Assembly: GCA_030390025.1 (NCBI GenBank)
Contig: CM059438.1
Span: 64,978,001-65,042,000, forward strand
Reading direction: 5' to 3'
Source: Squalus acanthias
Taxonomy: Eukaryota
Length of the DNA: 64,000 nucleotides
Part shown: piece after piece, positions 36,815 to 50,700 of the stretch
Position numbering within the stretch: position 1 is the stretch's first letter
Layout: each line of letters starts with the position of its first letter
Translations under genes and position numbers: made by a program
Notes under the pieces: model-generated
What the model saw: only the letters and a program-made list of their open reading frames with translations
Databases searched by the model: none
Told to the model about the DNA's origin: nothing

Positions 36815-39293
36815 AGAGAGAATCTGTTCCCTGCGAATGGGTGCAAACGACCAGCCAGAGGCACCAAGATTGCTGAAGATTGCAGAGGAGGTCAGCATCA
36901 GGGATGTCATAAGGCAGTCCTAGATCCAGTGCCAGAAAAGATTTAATGAGCAGATGAGGTCAGGAAAGGTGAGTGCAATGGCACACTCACCTACATCCTG
37001 AGGTGCGTGCCACCCCAACCCCATCACTCTGCCTTTCCAAGCCTTTTCAAAGCGCTCCCACTTCTCCCCCATTGTCTCCCCCTCAGTCAGAGCCCCGCAT
37101 GCTGCCTCGGATCCCTCGGCCGAGCCTGCCCCTGCACAGTTGCAGGAGGAGCAGTCTTTGGCGGAGCCCCCATAGGCTCCAAAACCCAGATGACGTCCGC
37201 CAAAAGTGTCAAAGCAGTCGCAGCAGGGAAGTGAGCAGCCTGCCTCTACCTCTGCTGAAGCCACAGGGGTTGCACCTCGTAGAAGCATACGGAAAAGAAA
37301 AAACACAATCGTAGATGCACAAGGCTATGCACATGGGTGTTTGACAAAGTGTTAATGTTAAGTTTCAGTTATATTTCTGACGCACATAAATTTATTTCTT
37401 TGCACTACTTTTCCGTCTTGTCAATTTTTGCCTGCTACCTGGGAAGTGGCTTTGTCACTTGGAGTGAATGATGAGACATTACTTAACCTCGAGCAATGGG
37501 GGTTTTGGTGACAGGAATGGTTTGGCCATTGTAGGACTGCTTTGTGATGTTGTTGGGGGGGTGGGTGGGTACAGATTCTGGGAGCTATATGGGTGCACTG
37601 GTGCAAGTTCCGTAAATTGGGTCATTATGAGGCTATCCCGGGCCTCCCGGTGTCATCTCCACCTCAGGTACTTCCTCCTCCTCCTCCTTGTGTTCCACCT
37701 GTTCCTTCTCCTCCTCCTTCTCCTCTGAAGGGGCTGTACGCTCTTCGCCTTGTTCCTCCTGCAGCTCCAATCCTTGCTGCTGTGTTATGTTGTGCAGCAC
37801 GTAGCATTCAACGATGATTCTGGGGACCCTGGCTGGTGTGTACTGAAGGGCTCCTCCAGATCTGTCAAGGCATTTGAAGCGCATCTTCATCATGCCAATT
37901 GCTTGCTCTGTGACACATCTGGTGGACATGTGGCTGTCATTATAGCGCTCTTCAGCCTCATTGCTTGGCCTCCTCAATTGTGTCATCAATCATGTATTCA
38001 GTGGATAGCCCTTGTCTCCAAGCAGCCAGCCGGTAAGTCTGTTTGGAGTTGCGAAGAGCTGAGGGAGTGTGGACTGGCGCAGCACGAAAGAGTCATGACA
38101 GCTTCTAGGGAATCTGGGATGCCCATGCATGATGATCTTTCTATGGTTGTAGACAAGCTGCACATTGAGGGAATGGAAGCCCTTGCAGTTCACAAACACT
38201 CCTGGGTGATGTGGGTGTGTCTTGATGGCCACATGTGTGCAGTCGATGATGCCCTGCACCTGTGGGAAGCCAGCCAGAGCCGCAAAGCTGAGCGACTGCT
38301 CAGCAACACTGGCTTTATCAGTGGCAAAGTTTACATAATTGGCTGACTTGTGAAGCATAGCATCGGTTACCTATGTGATGCATCTGTGGGCGGCCGACAG
38401 GAAGGAGCCTGAGGCATAGAAGTTGATGGCGGTGGTGACTTTGACAGCCACTGGTAAGGTGTGTCCACCAGGTTCTCTGGGCAGCCTGTCTTGTTCCAGC
38501 AAGCTACAAATGTCTGCCACGACCTGGCACGATAGCCTGAGCCTCCTGAAGCACTGCTGCTCAGTCATGTCCAGCAAGCTCATCCTTTGCCTGTATACCC
38601 TGTGTTGGGGATCTCGCCTCCAGAGTGGTGCAGCCCTGTGCTGACCCCCTCTCTCCTGTGAAGGCTGCTGCTGCTGGTGTGGCTGTTGTTGTTGATACCG
38701 GGGCTCATCTTGGTCTGATTCTGAGGTCCAAGGTGAGACAGCATAAGTGGCACCCGTGGTGATCTAATAGATGGCAGGTAAAGTGGAGATCAGAGGCACA
38801 ATCCTCCAATGTACTGAGAGTGATTAGCAATGTGGTGAGAGTGGCTTCCGAGGTTGCAGAAATCACCTGCAAACTCCTGACAGATAAATCTCTGCACAAA
38901 ATGGTGTCAGACAGAGCCTTTCCTTTAGGCAAGGAAGCAGGTGTAAGGTGTTTTTTCCAGCTGTCACTTAATTAAATCGCACAATGGCCACTGAGCCTCC
39001 GCCTCCCCTTCACAGGCGAGGTTCCCGAGGTGCGTGAATTACCACGCTCAACCAGTTAAAGCCCAAACCTGAGGTTAAAATGGCAGTTAAGTGTCTGTAA
39101 ACGAGCAGTTAAGTACCTCAATGAGGTCGCCCACCTCTCCCGAGCGGGTCCATGGCGCGCCTCGAATCGCGTCCAAGTTAAAGGCGGAAGTCGGCGGGAT
39201 GGCAGCGGGTTCCCGACGCGCTGTCAGTTTCCACGCTTTTAACCGCTGACCCGCCCCCAAACCCGCACGCTCTGCAATGGGAAAATTCCGGCC
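36815..39293. mobile_element. Truncated Harbinger transposon (Myb remnant on +, transposase on -)
   Basis: Right TIR aaaattccggcc followed by taa. Myb exon-1 remnant (LKIAEEVS...IQCQKRFNE..RSGK|gtgagt) at about 36820-36968; left end missing. Confidence 0.85.
37600..38756 (-). pseudogene. Harbinger DDE transposase (HARBI1-like), disrupted
   Basis: [50 protein letters not shown] and an acidic tail, spread over ORFs 38371-38583, 37990-38358 and 37633-37989. Confidence 0.9.
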
Positions 39294-41244
39294 TAAGAAA
39301 GACTGGTTGTGAGGGAGGAAATTGCAGTAATGGGGGAAGGACCTAGGGTGACGATAGGGGAAAAGATTTGAAAGGGGCTTAGTTTTATAAGTTTAATCAG
39401 TCAATAATGGGGTGGGGGATAATGCTTTATAAAACTCAAAGCTTGTTCAAAAGCTACCAAGAGCAGTCACATCAGGTGATCTGTCACCCATTACACCCCG
39501 CTTCCAGTCTTTACACCTGCCTCCCACACTTGCCCCTTCCCCAAACTTCCAGCTTTTAAATACTAACCCAATTGTAACTCTTGGTGGATTCCCCGCTCAG
39601 GCCTGTGTTTAAATTACAGTCGGGTCTCAATGATGTCATCGGGCCGCAACATGCATATGTAAAGAAGGACCCTGTTGGCTCCGGGCGTGCGTCCTTACTG
39701 CCTGCTCAGGAGAGCAGGTTAAAACTGCGATCATGGCGGCTTTCGGACAGGGTAAGAGCCAGGGCGATTTTAACTGCCCCACCCGCCAGCTTTCTGCTGA
39801 GCAGATCGGGTTAAAATCGCCCTGTAAAATCCTGTTTCCACGCACTGAGCTGAGAAATGGGCGTTGGGTTTTGTGAAGCTTTTACAATACAAGGAATTTA
39901 AAATAGTAACTGCCAGATCCCCACTCATTCTGGAAAGTTAGCACCGTCAAGCCTCGGCCCCAAGCTAAGCGGAGCACCCCCTACTGCAACAGTGTGATAT
40001 TCTGAAGCCACGTCCCAGAGGTGGAAGCCTAACCTACTGTACCATCCAGTTCCCCAGGCCACACTTTTAATATATAATCGATACAGATAATAGATATGAA
40101 TATCGGTCAGGGATTCACTATACCTTACCCAATTAAACAACAGTCAACGGCTGGCTGTATTTGTCCATTTTTCATCCTTCCTTCCCCACAAAATTCCTAT
40201 TTCTTTTCTTTGCACTGTTTTTTTAAGGCTTCCCGCACAAAGCACTAACTGTGTTCCAATTCAATGCACTGAATAATTACTGCTCCTGCTTGATAATGAA
40301 AATTTTCCAACCATCTCTTGACATAAACTGACACAATAATTCATGCAGATTGAAATTTCACCAGAATCTGTTTTCTGCTATAATTCATAGCGCACTGAAG
40401 CAGCCTCACATGCCACCGTAAGTTATGATTAAAATTAGAATCACTCCGTGACGCCAATGCATTTCAATGTGGAAGAACCACCAGCTGCTGCCATTGGTGG
40501 AAAATGAAGTATGGTTGGCATTGCACGCATCCTTTCCTATTAAGCCGACACAAATCGCATTTATGAAGGTTATGGCGTGATGTATTGTGAAGTGAGAAAA
40601 ACATAATTAGTTGTTTAGCAGGAGTTTTCACTTGATGTTACTTGGTAGAGCGCAACACAGTTGTTCAGGCTGCCCCTGCATTATATTGCTAGCCAAACAG
40701 GGAGGGAGATCAGCAAGCAACCGGTTTCCATGGAGCGTACAAATTGGCTCACCATCCAGTTTCCCCCAGTTTCTGGTTTTGTTTTCTTTGCTGTTTCTTT
40801 TACAGTTGAATATAAAAGTCTTGGAGGTGATTCTTTTTTGAACATGTCGAACGTGTCAGAAATATATTTCCAGCTGACATCATCCTTGGATCTGCTCTTG
40901 ATCCTATGTGTACATCCAACAAGCAATGCTTTCTTGTTCAATCTTAGATTTCCAACAGATATAATGACATCTTGATGTGTGAATGGAGACATTTTTGGGG
41001 GCGGGGGGTGGGGGGAGAAGTGTGGCAAGACAGTACATTAATCTTGCACTGTGGCTTCTAAAACTCAGATGTTTTCACAATCAAACCTAGAGATGGATCC
41101 TTACACCACGGGTTGGTGTGGGAACCTTTTTCAGCTGTCAGGCAAAATGGGGACATCCATCACACACTGTACATTAGTGGATGTAGATATATTACAGAAG
41201 AAATTGTTGAAAATACACAGCTTGAAAGAGAGAAGCCAAGTTAA

Positions 41245-41400
41245 TATAAAAACAGAAAATGCTGGAAACACTTGGAAGGTCAGGCAGCATCTGTGGAGAG
41301 AGACACAGAGTTAACGTTTCAGGTCGATGATCCTTCATCAGAACTGGAAAAAGTTAGAGATGTAACAGCCAAGTTAATACAGTCTCTTCATCAGAACTGA
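41245..41400 (-). mobile_element. Penelope terminal-repeat fragment
   Basis: Reverse complement of 33395-33500-like sequence. Confidence 0.8.
41306..41347 (-). ncRNA. Minimal hammerhead ribozyme motif
   Basis: On minus: ccagtt-CTGATGA-a-ggatc-atc-gacct-GAAA-cgtt-aactctg, with one mismatch in stem II. Confidence 0.62.
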
Positions 41401-41944
41401 ATATACTGCTCTCTGTATTGGCAGTGATTCAGGGGCAACTGCTCACAAACACAGATTACACACAGATCTTTCATCCTCCTCTTTCTCCCTTACTATCCAG
41501 ATTGATCAGGTCCATCAATGTTATGAGTGAAAGTGAGCAATCCCTCACTAGACTACATCCCGCCCTTCGAGATCACTACGAACCAGTGTATTTTCACTCG
41601 TACATTACCAAAAATCAGATGGGTGTTTTCTAATTACTCCTCCCCCTCTGAATACTGGACTCAAATTATGAAGCACATTACATACCAGCAATTGATATGC
41701 CCTTGAATCGATCATTTGAATCCCTAGTGCATGCCCGTTTTTTGTGGTCAGCTCTCGGACATTAGTTCTTCAGCATGATAACAGTAGAGAAAATGATTTT
41801 ATTCAAGCATAAGGGGCATTTTGTCTGTCTTTGCTTGCAAACTACAATTTTTAAAATAATACAAGCGCAATTAAACCCAAATTGGTCCAATTATTTTGGC
41901 TTAATTTGAGCCTTAGTTTTGTTTTCCATCCTTGCTACAAAGGA

Positions 41945-43045
41945 GAGGTGAAAGAAGCCACTTTCAACGTTAAGGCAGCATTTGATCGAGTATGGCACTA
42001 AGTAATTTTAGAAAAAAATACATCAATGGGGTTCAAAGGGAAACCTTCCAGCTATAGGAGTCCTACCTGATGCATGATTGTTGAAGCCAATTATCACAGC
42101 CCTGGGAAAGGTTCCGCGGGGCAGTGTTCTTGGCCCAACCATCTTCAGCTGTTGGATCAATGACCTTCTGTCCATCATAAGGGCAGGAGTAGGGCTGTTC
42201 AATAATTCCATAGAGTCCAGCTCTATTCGCAATTCCTTCAAGAATGAAGCAGTCCATGCTAGCCTACAGTGGAACTTGGACAACAACCGGGCTTGGGCAG
42301 TCAAATGGCAGGTAACATTCACGGCACATAAGTGCCAGTTAAATGACCAGCTGCAATGATAGGAAGCCCAACCGCCTCTCCCTGATGTTCAATGGCATCA
42401 TCACTGCCGAAGCCCTCATGATCAACATCTTGGCGTCACCATTGACCGGAAGCTTAATAGGACCAGTGATAGCAAAACGGTGGCTACAAGAGCAGGGCAG
42501 ACTCTGGGTACTCTTCAATGAGTGGCTCATCTCTCCAAAGAATCTCCACCATGCAAGTCGGAAGTGTGATGGAATACTGACCACTCACCTGGATGGATTC
42601 AGCTACAACAATACTCAAGAAGCTCGACACCATCTAGGGCAGAGCAGTTTGCTTGAGCGCCGCCCCACCACTGGATTCAATGTTCATCCCTCCACCACTG
42701 TCGCACCGTGGCTGCCTTCTGTATGATCTGCAGGGAGCAGTGCAGCGACTCACCAAGCTTGCTTTAAGAACCCCTACCACCGAGAAAGACAAAAGCAGCA
42801 CTATCACAGGAACACCATCACCTTCAAGCTCACTTGCAAGTCATGCATCATCCGGACTAGGACCATATATCATGTTCCTTCATTGTTGCTGGGTCAGAAT
42901 CTTGGTATTCCATACTTAATGCTACCTTGGGAACACAGTTCCCACAAGGACTGCAGAGGTTGAAGAAGAAGGCCCACTATTACCTAGAGATGGGAAATAA
43001 ATGTGGCCTTGTCAGAATCGTCCACATCCATGAACAAATAAATTT
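41945..43045 (+). mobile_element. Decayed CR1-clade LINE 3' part
   Basis: aaggcagcatttgatcgagtatggca (KAAFDRVW) and VPRGSVLGPTIFSCWINDL...WAVKWQVTF; 3' tail shared with the SINE at 21519. Confidence 0.8.
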
Positions 43046-43289
43046 TAAAAACGTTGCAGCTTATCAGTGCATTTACTTTCAGCACTGCCGCCAGTAGCAC
43101 CCTGACTTTGAAGGTGGTGCTGAGAATACCTCCAAAGGTGCCAATACCCACTTGAAGAGCATTCTCTAGCATCTGTAGGATCAGCAGCTCTGCGAAAGCA
43201 ATATAAACAGTGCCACTGGCAACATGAGCCACCATTTTCTTTAACTGACCGATCAGCCCACCCATATAAGCCACCAAAGCAGTTTCTAT

Positions 43290-46093
43290 GGCCGCGATTT
43301 TGCCGGTGCTCAGAGAGCGGGTTCGGAGGCGGGTCAGCTGTTAAAGTCGCAATGATTGACAGCGGGTTGGAAATCCACCGCGAACCTGCCTCCGTGTGAG
43401 TTTCAAGAGTGTCGGGTCTGCGATTTCACAACCGACCCGACACCAAGCGGCGGGTAAGGGATTTAAGGCACTTAACTCCTTGGTAAATGCTTGTTAACTG
43501 CTATTTTGGCAGCCTCTTCCTATTTTCCAACATTTACAATGGGCTTCATGACGTTCGGAGATCATGCCAGGTAAGTGTGTTGGGAGGACCAATGAGCTGG
43601 ATACTTCACAGCTGCAACTGCAGTCTAAAAGCTGCACTCTCACATCTGCTCAATTTCAAATGTCAGAGGTTGCTGATTTCATGATTTGGGAGACACATTC
43701 TGTCTTGAGGCTGTAAGTGTGTGGTGTTAACTCTATATCCACTGTCACCTGCATTGCTGGACATAAAAGGCGCCCTCACCTTTCACATTGCCACCTCAAA
43801 TTGTGAACACACATATGGCAACGATGTCAAACATTCATACCACATAAATTTATTCCAACAGAATAAAAGAACAGAAACTTAACATTGAATTCTAGCAGAA
43901 CACCCAAGTGAGTACCCTTGTGATTATTTATGTGTCAGCTTTCTCTTATGCGTGCTTCTATGTGGTGCTACCCCTGTGGCTTCAGCAGATGTAGAGACAG
44001 CCTGCTCACTTCCCCGCTGCATCTGCTTAGATACCTTTGGTGGTCATCCTCTGGGTTTTGGAGCCTGTGAAGGCCCCGCCAAAGTCTGCACCTCCTGCGG
44101 CTGCACAGGGGCAGACCCGGCCATCACTGCTCAGGCAGTCATCTGGGGCTCTGATCGAGGGGTTGGCAAGGGGGTGGAAGTATGAATGCTTGGAGAGGAG
44201 CCCCCACTTGCATGTCACCTCCCACCATCATCCCTCTCATGGGCCACCCGCACTTCTCTGTTAGCAAGTAGCTGGAGAGCACCTTGCTGCACTTCAGTGG
44301 GGCCATGAGGACTCATCTCTGTACTGACAGCCCTCATAATGGGGACATGCATGGACCTCTGGTTCCTCTCCACGATAGATGCTCATTTATCCATCATAGC
44401 TGACCATCTATTTAGAAGAGTCACCATGTTGTTTTGAGTCTGATGATTTATGTTCTCCATGGAGGTTGCCATCCTTTCCATGGCAGTACCTACATTCGCC
44501 ATTGCGTGTACCACGGTATTGCTCATATTTGAGATGGACTCCTCCATTCTCTGCACACTTGCTGTCACCGTGGTTGCAAACCCAGTCAGAGCCTCCTGCA
44601 CTTGTTCCTGAAACTCCAGCACCGCTCTCTTTCTGGATGGCTCCCGAGGCTCAGCGTCTAAATGCAGCTGTGCAGGGCTAGGAGCATTCTGAGGCCTCCG
44701 ACGAGGACTCTCCACTGCTGTCCCTGTCTCCACCATCTGCTCTTGCTCACTCATGAGTTGTGATACACCAGGTGACAACACTACTCTATCTCGCAAACGA
44801 CCCACCGAGGTGTGCATCTCTGTGCTGGTGCTGGGTGCATTCATTTCTGCTGACGTTGCTCCGTCAGAGGATACAGCATCCTCTGAGGAGTCCTCCTGCT
44901 CTTCCTCCTGGACAGTAGGGAGGGGGGCTCTTGATGGTCCTGTGGGAGAGTAAAGACATGAGTTAGACATGTGATATGTAGATTGTAGACACATCCCATT
45001 GTGCACATGATGAGCATTCAATTTCTATTGACATCAGATTCCATATGTGTCACTCATGAAAGACAAATAAGATGGATGGAGAAGCATTCTGTCACCAGGT
45101 TATTCTACTGAGCCCGTCTCTTCGTCCCCAACTTCGAGCTGTTCTACTGATCCCGCAATGTCGAGAGCGGCCTTCTCAGTGTGGGTGAGCTGTGACAAGG
45201 ATGGTGGTCATCCTCCTGTTCTCTCCCTCTCCTTCTTATTGTGGGCTCTCTTTTCCTGCAATGAGGGAAAGAAGTGGAGTTTCAGTGAGAGTGATGGAAT
45301 GAGTGTAAAGAATGGATAGGATAGATGTTTAGAGGGAGACTGTGAAGGAGTGGGTTCCCATTACCAAGTTCCCTCCTTTTGAGTTGTTAGTTGTTGTCAT
45401 TGCATAACCTTGAGGGTGGGTGTGAGGGGTGCATAGTAAGATGGGGAAGTGATTCTGTACATAGGGAGAGAGGGATGGGTGATGGTGCAAGGGATGTTGG
45501 GTTGAGTTAGAATGTTCAGGAGTAGGGTTGGCAATGCAGAGCGATGGGGATGTGATGACAGGCACAGCAGAATTAAGGTAAGTTTGCTTTTATACTCACT
45601 TTTCCAAAGCGCAGGCGATCATTGAACCTCTTTCTACATTGGACCCAGGTGCGTCTGAACACAGACCTGGCATTGACCTCCTCAGCTATTCGCAGCCAGG
45701 CTGCCTTTGTCTGCTGAGGAGGTTTCCTTCTTCCATCACCTGGGTATAGAACCTCCCGACGTCCTCTGACTCCCTCCACAAGAACATGGAGGGATTCTTC
45801 GTTGAAGCGGGGAGCTGCCTTTGGTCTCTCTGCAGACATCGTGGAGACCACCAGAAACGACGTGAGATCGAATTGTGAAATGGCTCCCTTAAATACACCG
45901 GCTGCAAACGCGTCAGCAGAGCTGCTCAGCTGACCCGGCCCTTGTGATCAGGGCGGGTAACGCACATGGCGGGCTTAATGAGCCCAATTAACGTTAAATT
46001 GTGTCAGCAGGCCAGCTGGTGCCGGCAGCGGGACCGGAACCCGCCGAATAACATTCCCGACGCCAACCCACCACCAAGCAGAAAATCGCGGCC
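43290..46093. mobile_element. Non-autonomous Harbinger carrying only the Myb/SANT gene (2804 bp)
   Basis: Perfect 12-bp TIR GGCCGCGATTTT and TAT TSD (43287-43289 / 46094-46096); no transposase motifs seen. Confidence 0.9.
43925..45839 (-). pseudogene. Harbinger Myb/SANT-like DNA-binding protein; exons 45839-45600, 45255-45096 and 44939-approx. 43925
   Basis: Encodes RFNEESLHVLVEGV...AAWLRIAEEVN...RTWVQCRKRFND; GT-AG junctions; premature TGA and TAA in exon 2 and TGA at 44383. Confidence 0.85.
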
Positions 46094-46194
46094 TATATTG
46101 TTGCTAACAACTGGGCATGCTCCAATATCCATAGATTGTCACATAGCACAACATGCAAAAACATTATGCACCTGCACTTATTCCTCTTCGGCTT

Positions 46195-46762
46195 TGTCAG
46201 TTGCATTTGAGCCTCGGCATCAGAAGGTTGTGGTTTTGAACGTGTAATCGAGGATGAGACTTTAGCGTAGCACTATTTGGAGGTTCACATCATCAGAGGT
46301 GCTATCTTTCAGAGGAGATGTTAAATGCCATTTGCACATTCCAGCAGTTCTGGTGGACATTAAAGATTCCATGGCACTCTTCGATGAAGAGCGGGGAGTT
46401 TTCCTGTCGTCCTGGACAACAGTGCTCCCTCAACCAACACCAACAAAAAGAGCTCACTGGTCACTCAAGTCATTTCGTGAGCAGAAAAATACCGCAGATG
46501 CTGGTAAACCGAAAGCACTAACACACAATGCTGGAAACGCACAGCAGGTCAGCGGAGAGAAGAGAAAAGTTAACGCTTCAGCTGCGGATCTTTCTTCAAA
46601 ACAGATTCACTTCATTGCTGCTGGTGAGAGCTTGGAGTGTTGAAAATGACAGCTGTGCTTGCCTGATTAACAACAGTCTCTGCACTTCAAAAAACAGTTA
46701 GTTGTATGTTAAGCGCTTTGGGATACTTCCGAAAGATGTGATAAGGTAGCGATATAAATACA
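46195..46762 (+). mobile_element. Decayed DeuSINE interrupted by a Penelope terminal-repeat fragment (approx. 46480-46600)
   Basis: Degenerate match to 56641-57023. Confidence 0.65.
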
Positions 46763-47012
46763 CGCCCCTGTTGTCGTACCTGCTCCCCCGACATTACAAA
46801 TCCCAGCTCCAGGAGCTGAAAAACTGCAACTTGAAATCATTCTCTAAATGAGATACTCGCAGAAAATCTAACAAGAGAATAGACATCTGATTACATGTGA
46901 AGAGATACCGTTACCTGGGAGAGTGATGTTATTTCACTGTTTAATGCTGACAGTTTACATGATTCCTTTGGCGTGCCAGATCATGTTGCCATTTCTGATA
47001 CCAAAGCGGGTG

Positions 47013-47475
47013 CATCACCCCCTGTGCTCGCTGACCTACATTGGCTCCCAGTTAAGCAAGGCCTCGACTTTAGAATTCTCATCCTTGTCTTCAAATCCCT
47101 CCATGGCCTCGCCCCTCCCTATCTCTGTAACCTCCTCCAATCCCACAGCCCTCCGAAATATCTGCGCTCCGCTAATTCTGGCCTCTTGAACATCCCTGAT
47201 TTTAATCGCTCCACCATTGGTGGCCGTGCCTTCAGCTGCCAAGGCCCTAAGCTCTGGAATTCCCTCCCTAAGCCTCTCCGCTTCTCTACCTCTCTCTCTC
47301 CTCCTTTAAGACATTCCTTAAAACCTACCTCTTTGACCAAGCTTTTGGTCATCTGTCCTAATATCTCCTTATGTGGCTCGGTGTCAAATTTTGTTTGATA
47401 ATGCTCCTGTGAAGCGCCTTGGGAGGTTTTACAACGTTAAAGGTGCTATATAAATACAAGTTGTTGTTGTTGTTG
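47013..47475 (+). mobile_element. L2 3' fragment (young)
   Basis: Encodes PVLADLHWLPVKQ..FRILILVFKSLHGLAPPYL; (TTG)n tail. Confidence 0.93.
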
Positions 47476-47770
47476 CAACAAGCCTTCTGCGATTGAAGAG
47501 GCGGCTGAATATCTCTCGTCACCTGCTGAGACACAGAATAAGAATTAAGCACAACACCTCACAACTAATTGAAAACACACAAACACGGATTGTACTTGAC
47601 AGTGACTCCTATCACCTTCCATTCAGATTCTTAGTTAAAAAAAAATGAAATTCACATCGGATGACACACAGAGCTTGCAGGCATTTTGTTAAAAGTTAAG
47701 AATCTCAGAAGAATGAGAATAAGAAGCACAATTCTTCAAGTGTGTTAATTTAATGCTGTTGGACAAGGTT

Positions 47771-50700
47771 AACAACAACAACAACAACTTGTATTTATAT
47801 AGCGCCTTTAACGTAGTAAAACGTCCCAAGGCGCTCCACAGGAGTATTTTAAGACAACAAATTTGACACCGAGCCACATAAGGAGAAATTAGGGCAGGTG
47901 ACCAAAAGCTTGGTCAAAGAGGTAGGTTTTAAGGAGCGTCTTAAAGGAGGAAAGAGAGGTAGAGAGGCGGAGAGGTTTAGGGAGGGAATTCCAGAGCTTA
48001 GGGCCTAGGCAACAGAAGGCACGGCCACCAAAGGTTGAGCGATTATAATCAGGGATGCTCAAGAGGGAAGAATTAGAGGAGCGCAGATATCTCGGGGGGT
48101 TGTGGGGCTGAAGGAGATTACAGAGATGGGGAGGGGCGAGGCCATGGAGGGATTTGAAAACAAGGATGAGAATTTTGAAATTGAGGCGTTGCTTAACTGG
48201 GAGCCAATGTAGGTCAGCGAGCACAGGGGTGATGGGTGAACAGGACTTGGTGCGAGTTAGGACATGGGCAGCCGAGTTTTGGATGACCTCAAGTTTACGT
48301 AAGGTGGAATGTGGGAGGCCAGCCAGGAGTGCATTGGAATAGTCAAGTCTAGAGGTAACAAAGGCATGGATGAGGGTTTCAGCAGCGGATGAGCTGAGGC
48401 AAGGGCGGAGACGGGCGATGTTACAGAGGTGGAAGTAGGCGGTCTTAGTTATGCTGTGGTTATGTGGTCGGAAGCTCATTTCAGGGTCAAATATGACACC
48501 AAGGCTGCGAACAGTGTGGTTCAGCCTCAGACAGATGTTAGGGAGAGGGATGGAGTCAGTGGCTAGGGAACAGAGTTTGTGGCGGGACCAAAAACAATGG
48601 CTTTGGTCTTCCCAATATTGATTGGGGAAAATTTTTGCTCATCCAGAACTGTATGTCGGACAAATAGTCTGACAATTTAGAGACCGTGGAGGGGTCGAGA
48701 GAAGAGGTAGTGAGGTAGAGCTGGGTGTCGTCAGCGTACATGTGGAAACTGACACTGTGTTTTCGGATGATGTTGCCAAGGGGCAACATGTAGATGAGAA
48801 ATAGGAGGGGGCCAAAGATAGATCCTTGGGGGACACCAGAGGTAACGATGTGGGAGTGGGGAGAGAAGCTGTTGCTTCTCTGGCTATGATTAGATAGATA
48901 AGAATAGAACCAGGCGAGTGCAGTCCCACCCAGCTGGATGACGGTGGAAAGGCATTGGAGAAGGATGGAGTGGTCAACCGTGTCAAAGGCTGCAGACAAG
49001 TCAAGAAGGATGAGGAGGGATAGTTTACCTTTGTCACAGTCACAAAGGATGCCATTTGTGACTTTGATGAGAGCCGTTTCGGTACTGTGGCAAGGGCGGA
49101 AACCTGTTTGGAGGGATTCAAACATGGAATTGCGGGAAAGATGAGCACGGATTTGGGAGGTGACAACACGTTCAAGGACTTTGGAGAGGAAAGGGAGATT
49201 GGAGATGGGGCGATATTTTGCAAGGACGGAGGGCTCAAGTGCTGGTTTTTCGAGGAGAGGGGTGATGACAGTAGATTTGAGGGAGAGGGGAACAGTACCT
49301 GAGGAGAGAGAACCGTTAACAATATCAGCTAACATGGGAACCAGAAAAGGAAGTTGGGTGGTCAGCAATTTGGTGGGAATAGGGTCGAGGGAGCAGGAAG
49401 TGGGTCTCATAGACAAGATGAGCTCAGAGAGGTCATGAGGGGAAATCGGAGAGAAATTGCAGTAAGATCTGAGTTCAGTGCTAGGGCAGGGAGGAACCTT
49501 AGAGGAAGTTTAGCCCAGTGGGCTGGGGGAAGGAAGGGAAGTGACAGAGGCAGCTGAATGGATGGTCTCAATCTTAGAGACAAAGAAGTCCATGAGCTCC
49601 TCACACTTGTTATCGGAGGTGAGGGTGGAGGAGACAGGGGAGAGGGGTTTAAGAAGACAGTTAGCAGTAGAGAATAGGAGCCAGGGTTTATCTTTGCATT
49701 CCAGAATGATGCTGGAATAGTGAGCACTTTTGGCAGATGAGAGCAGGACCCGATAATGCTTTATGTAGTCCAGCCAGATCTGGTGGTGAATGGCTAAACC
49801 AGTTGTCCGCCATATCCGTTCAAGTCTGCACCCCTTGGACTTAAGGGAGCGAAGTTGAGCCGTACCAGGGGGAACGGCCAGGGTGAGAGAGGGTAATTGT
49901 TTTAATAGGGACTAGGGCATCAAAGGTGGTGGTGAGGGTGTGGTTGAGCAGATCAGTAGCTGCAGAAATGCCATGGTGAATGGAGAGTCAGAGGCTGAAC
50001 AGTTGGGATTTCATAAGTGCAGTTGTAAGAGAGTTGGGAGAGAGTTTTTTCCAAGGGCGGACACAGAAGGAAGTAGGGTTGGGGGTGGGGGTGGAAGGGG
50101 GATGTGGGTGGAGAGCGATACGAGGAAATGGTCAGAGATGGCCTTATCTGCAATTGACACAGTGGGAGTAGCGAGGCCATGAGAGATGGCAAGGTTGAGC
50201 GGGTGGCTGTGAATATGGGTTGGGGAGTTTACATGGAGGGAGAGATTAAGGGAGGATAGGAGGCTAGTGAACTCAGAGGAGAGAGAGCATGATGAATTGA
50301 GATGGAGGTTGAAATCACCGAGGATGAGAAGTCGTTCGGTGCAGAGGCTGAGGGAGAACAGTGAAGATATCTCAGTAATAAAATTTTTATGGTACTTGGG
50401 TGGGCGTAGAGAACAAGAATTTTAAATGAGAGGTGAGAGGGGTGGAATAAGGTGAGATGCTCAAAGGAGGAGAAACTGCTGGGGGAATAGGGGGCCAGAC
50501 CAAAGTGTGATTTGGTGATGAGAGCCACACTGTCACCACGGCGGTCTGAGCAGGGCACGTGGTGGAAGGTGTAGCCAGGTGGGGAGGCTTCATTTAAAGG
50601 TAAGGGGTCACCACCCCTCAACCAAGTTTCCATCAGGGCCATGATGTCGATGCAATCATCCACGATAAGCTCATGGATGGCAAGGGCCTTGTTGGCAAGT

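Noticed and set aside
40681..41028. 115-aa minus-strand ORF (also 14848-15201 and 8091-8420)
   Set aside because: Non-ATG starts, no domain motifs, and lengths compatible with chance.
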